64,000 bases of DNA, taken from NCBI RefSeq assembly GCF_009914755.1, contig NC_060938.1, one strand, 5' to 3'. A program made the position numbers and the translations under genes. Position 1 is the first letter of the stretch. Each line of letters begins with the position of its first letter. This DNA is from the human T2T-CHM13v2.0 reference genome, Homo sapiens. The notes under the pieces are model-generated. The model saw only the letters and a program-made list of their open reading frames with translations. It had not been told where the DNA came from and did no database searches. This document shows, in pieces, positions 12,653 through 28,139 of the stretch.

Positions 12653-13153
12653 CTAAGGAAGACACAGTCTCTCTTTAGAAACAAGCACCCCTCTGAGGCC
12701 AGTGCCTCCTGCGAGGCCTGGCTTTTCACCTGCGCCCACAGGGAGGAGCACCAAATAGCTCCCCCTCCAGTCAGCCGGCAGCCTGGATGGTGCTTGGCAA
12801 GGAGCCGCCCAGCGACTTCTTCGGAAAAGCCAAGGCAGATTCTTCAGAAGGGAGCCAGGTTCCAGGCAGAACGGCCTGTGGGGCCCCGTGTTCAGGTGGC
12901 TCCGAGGTGGGGCCTCGCCTGGCAGCCACTGCTCCCAGCCCCCTCCTCCCGCACCAGGCCTTCAGCCCGCCTGTGACTGGGGAAGCAAAAGGTCCTCTGC
13001 GCTCATGCTCAGGCACTCTGGGCCTTCCTGACGAGGGTGCCCAGTGTGAGAAGTCAAATGCAACTGGTCCCAATGTCAGGTTTCTGATGAAAGGCACCCC
13101 CTACTCCCACTTGGCAGAGCATTCAGCTCCCTGGACACACGGCCACCACTCAC

Positions 13154-13203
13154 CCAGTCTCCTCTGCGGGTCTCTCTGCAATCTGGCGTTCTTTCAGCTC
13201 AAG
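13154..13203 (-). CDS. SPTB: SPTB exon 31 (LELKERQIAERPAEETG)
   Basis: 50 bp, ctAG acceptor, TGG|GTGAGT donor. Confidence 0.96.
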
Positions 13204-13513
13204 CTAGAGGAGGAGAAGGCCCAGGGGTCAGAGCAGCCACAGAGGCGAGTTGTGTTCTCAGACGATCTCCCTCTGGATGCGGCCCTGCACCCCCACATGC
13301 CCTGACACTTGTTCCTTCTAGAGTCAGCCCCTTCTGTCCTTTGCATTCGGAGGTCAGTACTTCCTGCCACTTGTCTTTCCTTCCCATTGTCGCTGCTGGC
13401 CAAGCCTGTCACACCATTCTAAGTACCTAACAACTGGCCTGGAGTCCTTACATGAGACCCCTGGGGGCACAGTTGCCACCCTCCTGAGCCTCCCAGCACT
13501 GTTCCCTGCTCAC

Positions 13514-13710
13514 CGTGGTGGGCTTCTCCAGGGCAGCAAAGCGCTCTGCCCAGCTGGCCGTGGACTTCTCAAAAGCCTCATGCCTCTTGATGAGCTTCTC
13601 CACACTGTCCACTGTGTGTCCAAAGTCCCCGCTGGCCAGGTAGGGCTCCTGGGCAATCAGCCACGCCTCAGCCACAGAGGCATCCCTCGAGAACTGGCAC
13701 ACCTCCAGCA
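13514..13710 (-). CDS. SPTB: SPTB exon 30 ([10 protein letters not shown]...LEKPTT; partial repeat 17, tetramerisation site)
   Basis: 197 bp, AG/GT bounded. Confidence 0.97.
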
Positions 13711-13902
13711 CTGCCAGGGGGAACAGGACACAGACCCCCCACAAGGCCCAGGGCCTGTTAGCACCCAATCGTTCACTCCTGATTGGGGCCAGTGGTCAGG
13801 CAGGTGGCCTGAATAGGTGTCCCTAAACCACATGGATACGCTTGCTGCCTGCAGCCACCCCATTCCACACTGGGCCCCTAACCGATCTTCACAATAGTTA
13901 TA

Positions 13903-14206
<304 letters not shown>

Positions 14207-14487
14207 TAAGCTATATTTTTCACTAATTAGAACTCTATTTTGAAAACAAAATGTATTTTAGATGTCTCTGAAAAGGAGTCTTCTGTGTTGAACATTCTTC
14301 CCAGCCCTTGGCTGTCTCACATGATGCTGGATGAGTGGCCAGGGGACCAGTTGGCCCTTCTTGGCTCACAGCTCCTCCCTGAATGGTGGCTTTTCCCCAC
14401 CTCTCATCAGCACCCAGCTGAAGGACGAAGAGCCGGTTCTGTGCTTGACATTCCTCATGAGGAATGTCTGGGATTCCTCAGAGCCTT

Positions 14488-14589
14488 ACCCCAACCCCTC
14501 TCCCAGACCCCCAACTCCTCCCCCGGACCCTCAACCCCTCCCCCAGGCCCCCAGCCCCTCCCCCGGGCCCCCAACTCCTCCCCCAGGCC
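14488..14589. repeat. C-rich minisatellite, about 5 copies of a 20-bp unit (cccccaactcctcccccagg)
   Basis: Seen directly in intron 29. Confidence 0.9.
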
Positions 14590-14883
14590 ATAGCTCTGCA
14601 GGCATACCAGCCCGGGCATGAGGCTGGGGACAAGTGCGGCAGAGGATGGGCAGGGAGTGGGGGCACGCTGGCTAGTTAGAGTGAGGCTTCCAGCAGCGTG
14701 TCTACTCTGGCCTTCTGCCTGGACCGCTGAGGCCCCTGGCCCCAGAGCTTTGCTGAAGAGCAGTGCTGTGGGGGGCTCCTCTCTAGGCAGTAGTGAAAAT
14801 CCACCCATTGTGGCACCTCCCCATTCCCCTACTCCTGCGGGGGTACTCCTGCCCCTGGGCCCTGGCTCCAGGGCTGTACTCAC

Positions 14884-14968
14884 ACATGCGGAGCCGCTCC
14901 CAGCGGGCTTCCCACTTCTCATTCATCTCTTTCCTCCTGGACATCACCTGCTGCAGTTTCTCGCGGAT
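14884..14968 (-). CDS. SPTB: SPTB exon 29 ([10 protein letters not shown]...WERLRM)
   Basis: 85 bp, AG acceptor, GTGAGT donor. Confidence 0.96.
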
Positions 14969-15439
14969 CTATGGGGAGGAAAGGGAGAAAAGCTCAGGCT
15001 TGGCTCACCCTTCACCATCTGAGGCAGTGCGCAGATGGGTCCTGCAAAGAATGCCAGGTTTGGTCCTACAGCCCTGGCTTCAAGTCTTGGCCCAGCTGCT
15101 TGCCAGCTGTGTGGCCTGGGGCAAGTTATTTAACCTCTCTGAGGCCCATGCGCCTCTCCTATTAAAGGAGGTCACCAGCTCCAAAGTGTGTGCACCTGTG
15201 GGTGTTAGGCCGGTTATGAGGCTGCTCTCCGTTACTGAGTGGCCAGCTCCTTAAGGCAGGGAGTGCGCTTGCTGGGGCTCCAATCCCCGGGCCTGTGTGT
15301 AGCCCCGATCTCCATGAGTGAGAGCAAGACAAGCTCCTCAGAAAAGCTGCAGCTCTCATCTCCCTCCCAGGAGGCTGCCTGGCTGGCACAGTGGGGACGG
15401 AGACGGAGGAGCTCGCCTCCATCCTTGCAGTCCCCTCAC

Positions 15440-15578
15440 CTCCTCTGAGGCCTGGTGCTGCCGCTGCAGCAGGGACTCGCCAAGCTCCAGGCAGGCACTG
15501 AAGTTCTTGCTCCGGGTTTCAATCTCTGCATTGATGCCCTGGTGATACTTCATGAGCAGTTCCACAGAGGAGACATCC
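15440..15578 (-). CDS. SPTB: SPTB exon 28 ([10 protein letters not shown]...HQASEE)
   Basis: 139 bp, AG/GT bounded. Confidence 0.96.
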
Positions 15579-15835
15579 CTGGGGGACAGGAGGACAAGGG
15601 AAGAAGGGAACTCTGGGTCACTCTGGCCTGCCTCTGTGTCCCAACCAGAGGGGCCCACCTCCCCCTGCCTGTGGGAGTGTGACCGTGCTCCCTCCTCTCT
15701 CTCTGGCCAGCCAGGGGGTCCTCCGCCAGCCCAGCCCCAGCAGGAACACAGATGCCCTGGTATCTTCCATTGCTCAGTGGCCAGAGCATGGGCAGTGGGT
15801 ACAGAAATCCCCAAAGAAGCCTGGGATTATTAGTG

Positions 15836-16190
15836 GGCAATAAAAAGGAATGGAGTACTGATTGATGCTACAACAGGGATGCATCTTGAAAACATTATAC
15901 TAAGGGAAAGAAGCCAGTCACAAAAGACCACATATTGTATGATTCCATTTATATGAAATGTCCAGAACAGGCAAATCTAGAGAGACAGAAAGTTGAGTAG
16001 TGGTTTCCAGGGACTAGGAAGAGAGGGGAATGGGGAGTGACTGCTAATAGGGGCGGAGTGATGAAAATCTTCTAACCTTAGATTGTGGGGATAGTTGTGT
16101 AACAGCGAATATATTAAAAACCACTGAATGATACACACTAAATGGATGAAGTGTGGTATGTGAATTATATCTCCATAAGGATGTTAAAAG
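15836..16190 (+). mobile_element. L1MB-like 3' end fragment
   Basis: gaaagaagccagtcacaaaagaccacatattgtatgattccatttatatgaaatgtccagaa is characteristic of L1M 3' UTRs. Confidence 0.85.
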
Positions 16191-16734
16191 TAAGACCATC
16201 AGGACAGACACCTTAGGGGCAATAGGATGGAGATGGATCAGCAATAACTGATGAAGTGACACAGACTGGGCAGAGTGGTCTGATCTCTGCAGGGGCTCTC
16301 ACTGCCCACATGCCTGACTCCTCCTCTCATGGACGATGAGCTTCTTCCTGAGTTTTGGGGGAAGGGCCCCCTCACATCCCAGGGCTGGGAGAAGAATGCG
16401 CAGTCTTAGACCTGCCCAGCTTTGGATATGTGAGTTGCTTATTTTCACTGACAACCATGGTCACTGTTCCCATTAGAGAACCTGAATGACAGATGTCTCT
16501 CTCTCTACACTCAGGACTCTCCTGACTCTGGAGCGATTGGTCCTCCCAGTGGAAGCTGACCCAGGCCATTTCTGCCTCGATCCAGCCTCAGGCCTCAAGT
16601 GTCCCCCAGGGATTTTCATGGAACGATAGTCCAGGACTGTCCCTTCACGGAGGAGCCACAGTGCAGCACCCTGGTTGGCCGGGCTCCTCTGGCCTGGAGA
16701 GGAGCTGCCTCTGCCTCAAGGACACTCCCCTCAC

Positions 16735-16979
16735 CTGGGCCTCTCCTGGGTCTCGATCTGCCGGATGATGCTCTCCATCCAGGAGAGGAGGTCACGGGCC
16801 ATGCTGAAGAAGCGGAATTTATCCGCCGTGTCCACTAGCTGGGTCCGGCGCCCGGCACAGGCATCGAGCAGCGCCTGCCACGCGGCAGACACCTCCTGCT
16901 CCTTGTTCTGGATGGCCTCTGCCTTCTCCCCAGCATATGCTGTCTGCAGACGGGTGGCCACGTCCTGGAACTGCTGCAC
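16735..16979 (-). CDS. SPTB: SPTB exon 27 ([10 protein letters not shown]...TQERPR)
   Basis: 245 bp, AG/GT bounded. Confidence 0.96.
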
Positions 16980-18429
16980 CTGTGGTCAGGCAAAATCAGA
17001 CATTGTTCCCTGGACATTGCTCCCTAGGTGCTGTGGGCCTAGGACTGGAAGGGCAGCTACCTCCTCCTGGCCTCCCTGCCCAGGGCACTGCTGGAAGGTA
17101 GGATCTTCAGCCTCCACCCAGTGGGTGCTGTAGGAGAAGACTCCTTGCTTTAACACCTCTGCCTACCCAAGATACCTCTTGAACTTTGTGAAGGTTTGGG
17201 AGTGAGAGGAAATCCTGCCCTTTGATCTCCTCAACAATACACTAATGAGAGGAACTACATATCAGGCACTGTTCTAAACACTTTCTACTGATGAACTCTC
17301 TTCGTCTTTCCAACAAACCCAGGAAGGAGGTACTATTACTATTGCTGTTTCTGAGATGGGGAAAACGAGGCACAAGGAAGCTAAGTAACTGGTCCAGGGT
17401 CCTTCACACTAGTAAAGGGGTACAGCTGGGATTTGCACCGTGCTCCTGAGTCCCCGTTCTTAACCATTCTGTGTGCTGCCTCTCCAAGGAAGTGGTTGCA
17501 CCAGATCCCCTGATTGAGGCTGGCCCTGGGGACAGTGAAACCTCACTCCTAAGACCTCAGTGGGGCTACACCTATCTCAGGGGCCCTGGCATCCCCAAAT
17601 GCAACAGCCACACACCAGGCCCTCCACTCCAGCTGGAGGACACTTCCCTAAGAGGTCCCCTTTTGGATGAACCAGGGGCCCAGCCAACCCTGGTGTTCTG
17701 TCCCCAAGCCCTGCAGGGCTGGCCTGGGATTGCGCAGCCAGCCTACCTCTCCCTGCTGCACTGGAAGCTGGGGGAGCCCTCAGCAACAGGGGCCCCCTTG
17801 CATTTGCCCTTTCTATCACACCAAGCTCTGGGGCACCCTACGGATCTGCGGAGGGCACTCCAGTGATGGGGCAGGGGTCTGAACAGTAGAACTTGGGGGC
17901 TCTCCAGCTCCCATGTGGAAAGGCTGAAGTGCCCGGTGGCTAAGTATGTGGGGTCTATAGCTAGACTGCCAGGGTCTGAGCCCTGGCTCCACTTCGTACC
18001 TACATGTTCCTGGGAAACTTATGGGTCTTCTACCTCTCCCTTTTCTCATCTACAAAGTGCAGGGAATATTAGTAGCTGCCTCAGAGGACTGCCATGAGGG
18101 TCCAGCGGCTACATACATTGCTCAGAAGAGCACCTGGTGCTAGAAAAGTGCTGTGCGTGTGTCCACTAATAGTACTGCACAACTGGAGAAACTGCAACCG
18201 TATAGTATTGTATGCATTGGCCTTTTGTGAGGATTCAGTTTAAAGAATGACTTCTGAAGCTAAGGAACATCTGAAAGCCACTGCTCCCAGCCCTGAGCTC
18301 CTGGCTGTCTAAGGAGGCAAAACCTCCTGGCACTTATCCTAGAGGTTTTCCTGCTGACAGCCAGGTGGGGACTGACACCCAGGGCTCCTGGAAATTGGTA
18401 GCAGGTGGGCGGCAGGGGGCTGAAGGTAC

Positions 18430-18804
18430 CTGGACACCCAGCAGGTGGAGCTCCCGCTCGAAGGCTGTGTGCACCCGGTGGAAGGACTCGGCCGTGCTGG
18501 CGTCCAGCCCCACGTCCTCGGGCAGCTCGCGGTGCTTCTCGTCGATGAGGCCCAGGATCTCGGCACCCGTGTAGAAGTAGCGGTGCAGGTCATAGGAGGC
18601 GGCCAGCAGCTGCATGCGCGTGTCAATGAGCTCCAGGAGGTCTGCCCACATCTCGTTCAGCCCGTCCTTCCACTCGGCGATGGTGGCCGCCTCGCTGTGG
18701 CCCGCGTCGATGAGTCGCTCGATGAAGGCATTCACATTGTCCACCCGCTCCTGCCCAATCGCCCCGGTCTCCCGGGCAAAGTCCCGGAACTTGTCCCGCA
18801 GAAG
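18430..18804 (-). CDS. SPTB: SPTB exon 26 ([10 protein letters not shown]...HLLGVQ; ankyrin-binding region)
   Basis: 375 bp, AG/GT bounded, CpG-rich. Confidence 0.97.
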
Positions 18805-19069
18805 CTAGGCATGGGGCAGACAGAAATGTGGTTATGGGGGGCACAGGGGTTACAGGTGTCACCAGCTTAGCCAAAGACTTTCCCAGGCAGCAACTGCAGC
18901 TCCGGGAGCTGCGCTGTCACACCTTCCCCAGGGCAGGCCTGCATCGGCTGGTCCCGCCTCACACTGGGGAGGTTACGTCCTATGCAGCACTCTGTGTGTC
19001 TTGAGTGACGGCTGGCTGCGTCTACCGCATTAGAGAAAGACAAAAACAGCAGGAGTTGTGGCTACTCAC

Positions 19070-19274
19070 AGTCACGTGGTCAAAGTCTTGCCCCATTTCC
19101 GGGGAAGAGGCCACTAGCTCCTTTTCTGAAATCCACTGCTCCAGGTCGTCGGTCTCCCGCTTGAGCTGGAACAGGTGGTACATGTTCTCCAGCTTGCGCT
19201 TGCGCTCTTCCGCCACGTCCTTCAGCCCTGCGTAGTGCTTGTCCACTTGCCCCTGAAGTCTGATGATCTGTTCC
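19070..19274 (-). CDS. SPTB: SPTB exon 25 ([10 protein letters not shown]...DFDHVT; start of ankyrin-binding repeats 14-15)
   Basis: 205 bp, AG/GT bounded. Confidence 0.96.
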
Positions 19275-20246
19275 CTGGAATTCAAAACCAAAAAGGCCCT
19301 CAGAGACGGCAGCCACGAACCCAGAGCCGTGGCTCCAGGGAGCCAACATATGCCAACCACAGCCCCCTGGCAGGGATAGGTAGGGAGTGAAGCTCTGGAG
19401 AAATGACAGGGGCTTTGCCGGGGAAGAGCTGGGGAGAGAAGGGGCCACACCCTAGCCTCAGGGGATGACACACTGTGTCCTGGAATTCTGTCCTGGAGGG
19501 GTGCTTCCCATGGTGCCCCTCACTCTGGCAAGCTTACAGGGACAAGTGCAAATGGGGAACGCCTCCATTGTTCTTCCAGAGAGGCTGGGGGAGCAGCACT
19601 ACCTGAGTGGGGCTCCCGCAGCAACAGCTCTGCTCAGCCCTCCAGGGAGGGAAAAGACATACTAGGGGCCCAGACAATGTGGCTCCCAGGGAAACCTCTG
19701 GGGTGGCTGCTGAGGACCCACAGTGGTGGGCACCCTAATGGCAGCTGAGGACAGGGCCATGGCTGGGGGCAGTGTGTGGTCTGTGGCCCAGTGGGCTTCC
19801 ATTTATGCAGGATCCACAAAACCTCGCAGCCCATGTGGGCACAGGTTTCCACCTGCACTCCTACATCATGGTTCTGTCTGGACTGTGAAGTCCTGGAGAC
19901 CTTCTGGACCATAAAAATAAAAGCTAAAGTAGTCTTCAGTGTCCCTTAGCATATTGTAACCCTTCGGAAAATTGGTGCTCTCAGGTCACCAAGAGGGTAG
20001 TTTTGCTAACCCCTTCTCTGATCATTTCGAAAACCAGGGCCTCGATGGCCCAGCTGGAAGTGATTCACACAAAACCAAGGCATAAAATGAAATTGGATCC
20101 ATCACCAGTCCCGCAGCAATTTTCTCCAGCCCTATTTGATGGGAAAACTCTTTCCATTTTCCTTTTAAATCTGAAGGGACGTTGGCTGGTGGGCCCCTGG
20201 CTCAATCCCCATCTCCTGACCGAGTCACCACAGGGGGCGCACGCAC

Positions 20247-20377
20247 CCCTCAGGGTGGCCTGCAGACAGCAGGCCCTGGGCCCGGCTGGCCAGCTGCTTG
20301 ATGTTCCGGCCGTAGTCCTCCACCGCACGCTGCTGCCGCAAATGTCGCTTCAGCATCACAATGGCGCCCTCTTCATC
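20247..20377 (-). CDS. SPTB: SPTB exon 24 ([10 protein letters not shown]...AGHPEG)
   Basis: 131 bp, AG/GT bounded, translated by hand. Confidence 0.96.
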
Positions 20378-20974
20378 CTAGGAGGCAGCAGACGGTCAGC
20401 GCCAGAGCTCAGTCTGGCCATGATCCCTCCCTTGGCAAGTTGTGCCCCCACTCCTGGAGGTGCCCGAGGGAGGAGGGGAGTAGGCTTGTGGGACACCCGC
20501 AGGAGAGCCACACATGCTTCCTTCCTGCCCTTCTGATTTCCCAGCAATGCCCGTGCCCTACCTTCCTCTCTGGACTCCCCTGATTCGTATCCGACATATA
20601 CCCTTCCTTTTGTGCTCTAACCCCTGTCCCCATGAAAACATCCTATATCATTCCAGCTTTGAGAGACCCCCACCTGTCACCTCTCACCCCATCTCTTTCA
20701 TAGCGTACAGAATCCAGGGTAAAGAAAAGTAGAGAACCCTTGGGTTAGAGCAAACCTAAGTGGGTAAACAGGAGGCACCTGGCTTCAGTGTGTGCCCTGC
20801 AGGGGTGTGTTCAAGGAGGCACCAAGGGAGGGCAGGGAGTCTGTGGGTTCCTTGTGCCCCTCCCCTGGCCTCACTCCTCACACAGTTGGACTCACAAGGC
20901 TCCCTACCGACAGCCAACCTCAACTCTTCCTCTCTGCCTGGGCACCCTGGCTGGTATCCCCTGCCCGAACAGAC

Positions 20975-21253
20975 CTTGGGGATCTCATCGGAGATGACGT
21001 AGAGCTCCTGCTCGCCAATCCAGGCCTCAGCCTCGTCTGCATCCAGGTAGTACTGCTGTGCCTCGTTGGCGTCCCTCAGTCGCTGCAGCCTCCCGGCCGC
21101 TGCCTCCCGCAGCCTGTCCCAGGAGCTCTGCAGGTGCCCCAGGCGCTCCTCAAGGTCCTGGCAGTCGATCTCCGCCGCCTCCACCAGCTGCTGCCCTCTC
21201 TGCAGCACATCCTCAACCCGCGGCGTATGGCCCAGAATCTCATTCTGCAGTGT
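20975..21253 (-). CDS. SPTB: SPTB exon 23 ([10 protein letters not shown]...SDEIPK)
   Basis: 279 bp, AG/GT bounded. Confidence 0.96.
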
Positions 21254-22301
21254 CTGCGGCCAGAAGGAAGGGCTCGGGGCAGGGCCTTCCCACCATGCGG
21301 GGGAGGCTGCTTCAGCAGTGGCAGCACAGCTCTGACACCCTTGGTCCCTCTCACCCCCGTTGCTAGAGCAGAGCAGGTGATGGCGATAAGAACTACCAAT
21401 GACCTCTTGCCGGCTGCTAAGCACCTCATGTGCACCATTCTTGCACCCTCAGGTGGCCTGCTGAGATAAGCATGTGGAGACCAGCATGCAGCAGTGAAGT
21501 CACTCAGTGGCAGAGCCGGAGTTGAACACAGCTCCACCTGACCTGGCAGCCTGTGCTCTTGACTGTCCCCTATCTTCCTGTGCTTCAGCAGAGCTTGATT
21601 CCTTAGGTGTATGTGTTGGAAGGAAAAGAAAAATGGCCTTTTTGATACCTTATTCTAACAGCTTTTGCAGGATTTATGCAGGATCATTTACGCAGGATAC
21701 GCCCAACCCAGCAGCTCAGGTGGGCACAGTTTTTGCCTTCCATCTAAAAGAACAGGTGACAGCAGCCCCTTGCTTACAGTCTCAGCTTTTGTTTTTCCCT
21801 ACTTCTATTTCTCATATTTTTGTGAGCTTTGCATTAGTCCCTGTTTGAGCCTTTGGTCATGAACACAGCCTCTTCCTCCCACCCTGGTGGCTGGTCACCT
21901 TTTTCTTCAGGAGGCCCTGACACGTGTTACTTGTTTTCTGGGTCCTAAAGACTGGGCTAGCTGCTGCTGGTGTGTGGGCTCCTGAGCTCCATATACCTCA
22001 CTACCTGTTTCTTCCCTCTCTATATAATTTTCCTGTGGCCTTTAAAATTGGAAGGCAGGGGCAAGAGCAGCCCACATGAGCAGCACAGTGATGGCCAGCA
22101 TTTAAAATATGCACAAAATAACCACATCTACAAGTCACATAACCTGCTGAAATGCATTTTTACACTTTATGCTCAGAACCTCAATTTTTACAATTTCCTA
22201 TAGTCTCTGCAGTTGCATTCAAACAACCCATGTTTTCAGCTCCATTTGCTTGTTTACTCTGAGATCTTATGACCTCTGCATGGTGCCCTAAAAATTAATT
22301 T

Positions 22302-22613
<312 letters not shown>

Positions 22614-22671
22614 TAACCAATTACTTTCTAGTATCTGTGCAGGGTACTTACATTTAAAGTCTTCTTCCCTG

Positions 22672-23180
22672 TCTTCATTCATTCAACAACTATGTATTAA
22701 GTTCTTTTCTATGTACCAGACCCTGGTCTAGGTAATAGGGACAATATAGAAACAAGAGAAATGAAAATCCCTGCACTTTAAAGCTTACAACCTGGTAGAG
22801 GAAATAGAAGGTAAACATGCAAATAAATGAATAAACAAAGGCTGGGCCTTCCTCCCTGGGGGCTACGAGGAAAAGACAACAGTGGGATGGAGAATGTCTG
22901 CTGCGATGTGGCAGGAGCCACTTTAGCTAAGGGAGTCAGGGAGGGCCTCTCTGAGGATACGAAACTTGACCATGACATGAATGACGGGAGGGAGGCAACC
23001 ACACAGAGATCTGGGGTTGAGTGTTCCTGGCAAGAGGACTGAACAAGTGCAAAGGCTCTGGGGTGGACATGAGCTGGGACCGTCTGAGGCCACAGAGAGG
23101 GCCAGAAGAGCTGGAATACTGTGAAGGAGGGCAAAGTGAGAAGAGCTGAGTTTCAGAAGCAGGCAGGGGTCAGGTCAGGC
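22672..23180 (-). mobile_element. L2 3' fragment
   Basis: ttcattcattcaac terminus and L2-like body. Confidence 0.75.
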
Positions 23181-23183
23181 AAG

Positions 23184-23588
23184 AGTGGTTCTTAATCCTG
23201 ATTGCCCACTGAATAATCCAGGGAAACAGATGCAGCTAGGGGCCTACCCCCAGAGATCCTAATTGATCTGAGGTGAGACCTGGGCATTCATCTGTCTAAA
23301 AGTTCCCTAGGTGATGTGAGTGTACAGCCAGGGGTGAGAGCCCTTCATGTACTACCTTGTGGAATTTGTTCTAATTGCAATGAATAGCCCTGGGAACAGT
23401 GGTCCCCAAAGTGCAGTCCTGAACCAGCAGCATCGGCATCACCTAGGATCTTGTTGGAAATGCAAATTATTAGGCTCTACCCCCAGAGCTTGATGCAGTA
23501 GGGATCTGGGGGTGGCACCTGGTTAAGTCGTGTAAACTCACCCAGAAGGCTTGTTAAAGGAGTTGCATATTGGAGTTTGACAACCATT
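23184..23588. mobile_element. Two adjacent MER5A-like MITEs
   Basis: agtggttcttaatcc... and cagtggtccccaaagtg...cagcagcatcggcatcacct motifs. Confidence 0.7.
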
Positions 23589-25006
23589 GCAACAGAGGGT
23601 TTTAGGTGAGGAAATGATAAAATTGGATTTATGGTTTAGCCAGGTGAGCCTAAAATAGTCTTCATTAGGGCAGTCACGCTGTCCCAAGAGGCTGCCTTTC
23701 CCTTCTTGGTTAGGGGAACCCCATCCGTATTTGTCTTGCCCTTTTCCCGAAATAGCAACTGCCAGCCAGGGGAGTTAAAAACCTTTGAACAATAACACTT
23801 ACAGAGGCTGCATAGAATCAAAAATCCTAGTGTTGGAAAGACTAGAGTTGGCTCATTTTACAATTAAGGAAACTGAGGTCCCAAGGATACCATGTCCTAC
23901 CAGCCTTCCACCTTTAGCTGAAGGTTGTGGCATTAACTGAGGCTAGATTTCTATCATCTTCTAGCCCAGGTCCCTGCGTGTGGCTGCTGGAGCCTCTGCG
24001 ACTAGATCATGTCAACCAGAAGCAAAGGGCCTAAGGCAGCTTTGAAGAAACTTCTCTGAATATAATCTAGGCCTCTGCACTGCTGCTGGGCTCACATGGT
24101 CCTGTGAGCAGATGTCAGCTGCTGCCAAGCTGGGGGAAGGGAGTGCTGTCTGCCATGACCTTCCTTCCTCAAGGAGCTGCAATACTAACCGGGCACTCTG
24201 GGACATGTCACTTTTATCTGGGATCTAAGTTCCTGGGCTCTCCTTGCTGACCCAGAGAGCATGCAGAGGGAGGGTCTCTCTGTCCAAGAAGGGTCTGTGG
24301 CCATTCCCCTGGCCGCTGCGACCCCACACAGCCAGCTTCCTTACATGATTCAGGCTCCCACTGCAGCCCTGACCCAAGAGGGAGTGCTTGGCATCTGCTC
24401 ACATCCAGGATCCTGACCAGGGCCACAGGAGTTCCCAATCAGGGCTAAGCGAGTGCCAAAAAGCAGAGGGATGTTTGCTCCAAGGGCTCAGAGTCCAAAG
24501 TTAGTGGCTTCCTAATGGAATTTGAGCCCCACAAGTATCCTCATATGTCGAGAGAAATGGGGCCTACTTACCCCAAGGACACCACACATGCCAAGCTCAG
24601 CCCTGGAAGAGGGGCAAGGCAGTGTTGTGGGAGAGAGATCAGGAGTTACTGCCCTCCTCTCAGGCAGACCACTGGATACACCGAATACACAGCTACTGAA
24701 GCACATCAACCTCCAGGCCAGGCCCCCGAGATCCTGCATTCACCTGTGCCTGATGGAGGCTGAATGGCCCTGAATCCCCAACTACCTCCCCTCCTCTGTG
24801 ATCCTCCCAGAATTTGCTCTGTAATCACAAAAACCTGCTCTTTCTGCTATAAGATTACCAATACGGTTTGGAGACCCCAAAGCTACCAACAAGAACAATA
24901 ATCTGCTGTTGCTAGCCTTCTGCAGGTCAGGGCTGGGCCTACCCCCGTGGGGCCAGGTGGGGGTGAGGAGGGGTGGGTGGGGCTGGTGAGGTGACGCAGG
25001 ACTCAC

Positions 25007-25096
25007 CTGGTTCTTCTTCATGAACAGTTGCACAGTTTGCAGATTAGTGCCATAGTCGGCTGACTGGGCCAGAGGCAGCCTCTCCTCCACCCAAAG
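25007..25096 (-). CDS. SPTB: SPTB exon 22 ([10 protein letters not shown]...FMKKNQ)
   Basis: 90 bp, CAG|GTGAGT donor. Confidence 0.96.
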
Positions 25097-25574
25097 CTGC
25101 AGAGACCAGGAGGCAGGAGAGAGCTGATGACAATCACGGCCAACCTTTCCTGAGTGCTCACCATGGGCGGCGCAGAGCTTTGCTGGCAGTGTCTCCCCAG
25201 TTCCTCCCAACACCCCATCAGGGTTTTGCCCCCATTTTATAGGTTAGAATATTTGGGGATTTTGAACTGAGGTTCCAAATAACTTGCTCCTAGTCAGACA
25301 GTGGGAAGGTAATGTAGCTGGATCTCGAACCCAAGTCTGTCTGACCCAAGTCCATGCTCTTCACCGAGCAATACTAGCAAGTGAACAGTGCATTCCCAAC
25401 AAAAGCACTGGCTTGAGCTTTCCATTTAATGTAATCCTCACAAGAACCCTATGAGATAAGGGGTGAGGTGACCAGTCATCTACTGCCAAAAATTGCTCTG
25501 GGTGGCAGCCAGCTACTCTGATGGCAGCTGGTGGCTCAGCCTCAGGAGGTAGGGAGAAGCTGTGGCCCACGCAC

Positions 25575-25781
25575 CGTCTCATCCTCTAAGTCCCGGCTGA
25601 TCTGCAGCTTGGCTCTGGATGATTCCAGCTGCTTCTTCCTCCTTCCTAGGGGTTCCAGGAGGTCCAGGAACCGCTTCTCGATGCTCAAGTCTGCATCTCC
25701 TCCCTCCTCTCCCATTGAAGGCACCTGGGCAAACAGCTCCCCCAGCTCCTCTTTTCGCACATTCACTTGGTCCTCCACTCG
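25575..25781 (-). CDS. SPTB: SPTB exon 21 ([10 protein letters not shown]...DLEDET)
   Basis: 207 bp, AG/GT bounded. Confidence 0.96.
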
Positions 25782-26095
25782 CTGAGACACAAGGGGACGG
25801 TGTCAGCACCAGCCTTGGCACCTGCACAGCCCCTCCATCTTCTTCATTCATCTGCATCCCACCCATCCTTTAAGGCCCAATTTGAGCTCAACTTCCTCCA
25901 AGGAGTCTCCTTGGATGCTCCCAGTCATCTTTCCCTCTTCTGAGTGCCTGTTTTGTTTCTCATGCATCATTTTGGGTCTCTGTCCTACCCACTGCAAAAG
26001 GGGTTGGAGATGGATTAGAAACCAGGAGACATTTTTGCATGATAAAAGCAAGTCCAGTTAAGAGGAAGAGTAGGACTGCTTAAAGTTTCAGACTG

Positions 26096-28070
<1,975 letters not shown>

Positions 28071-28139
28071 AAAGGTGTCAGACTGGCTTCCACTATCCCT
28101 TCTATCCTAACACTCTGAGTCTACAACCCACTCACGTGC

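Noticed and set aside
18430-18804. CpG-rich stretch as a possible internal promoter
   Set aside because: Confined to coding exon 26 and explained by codon constraint
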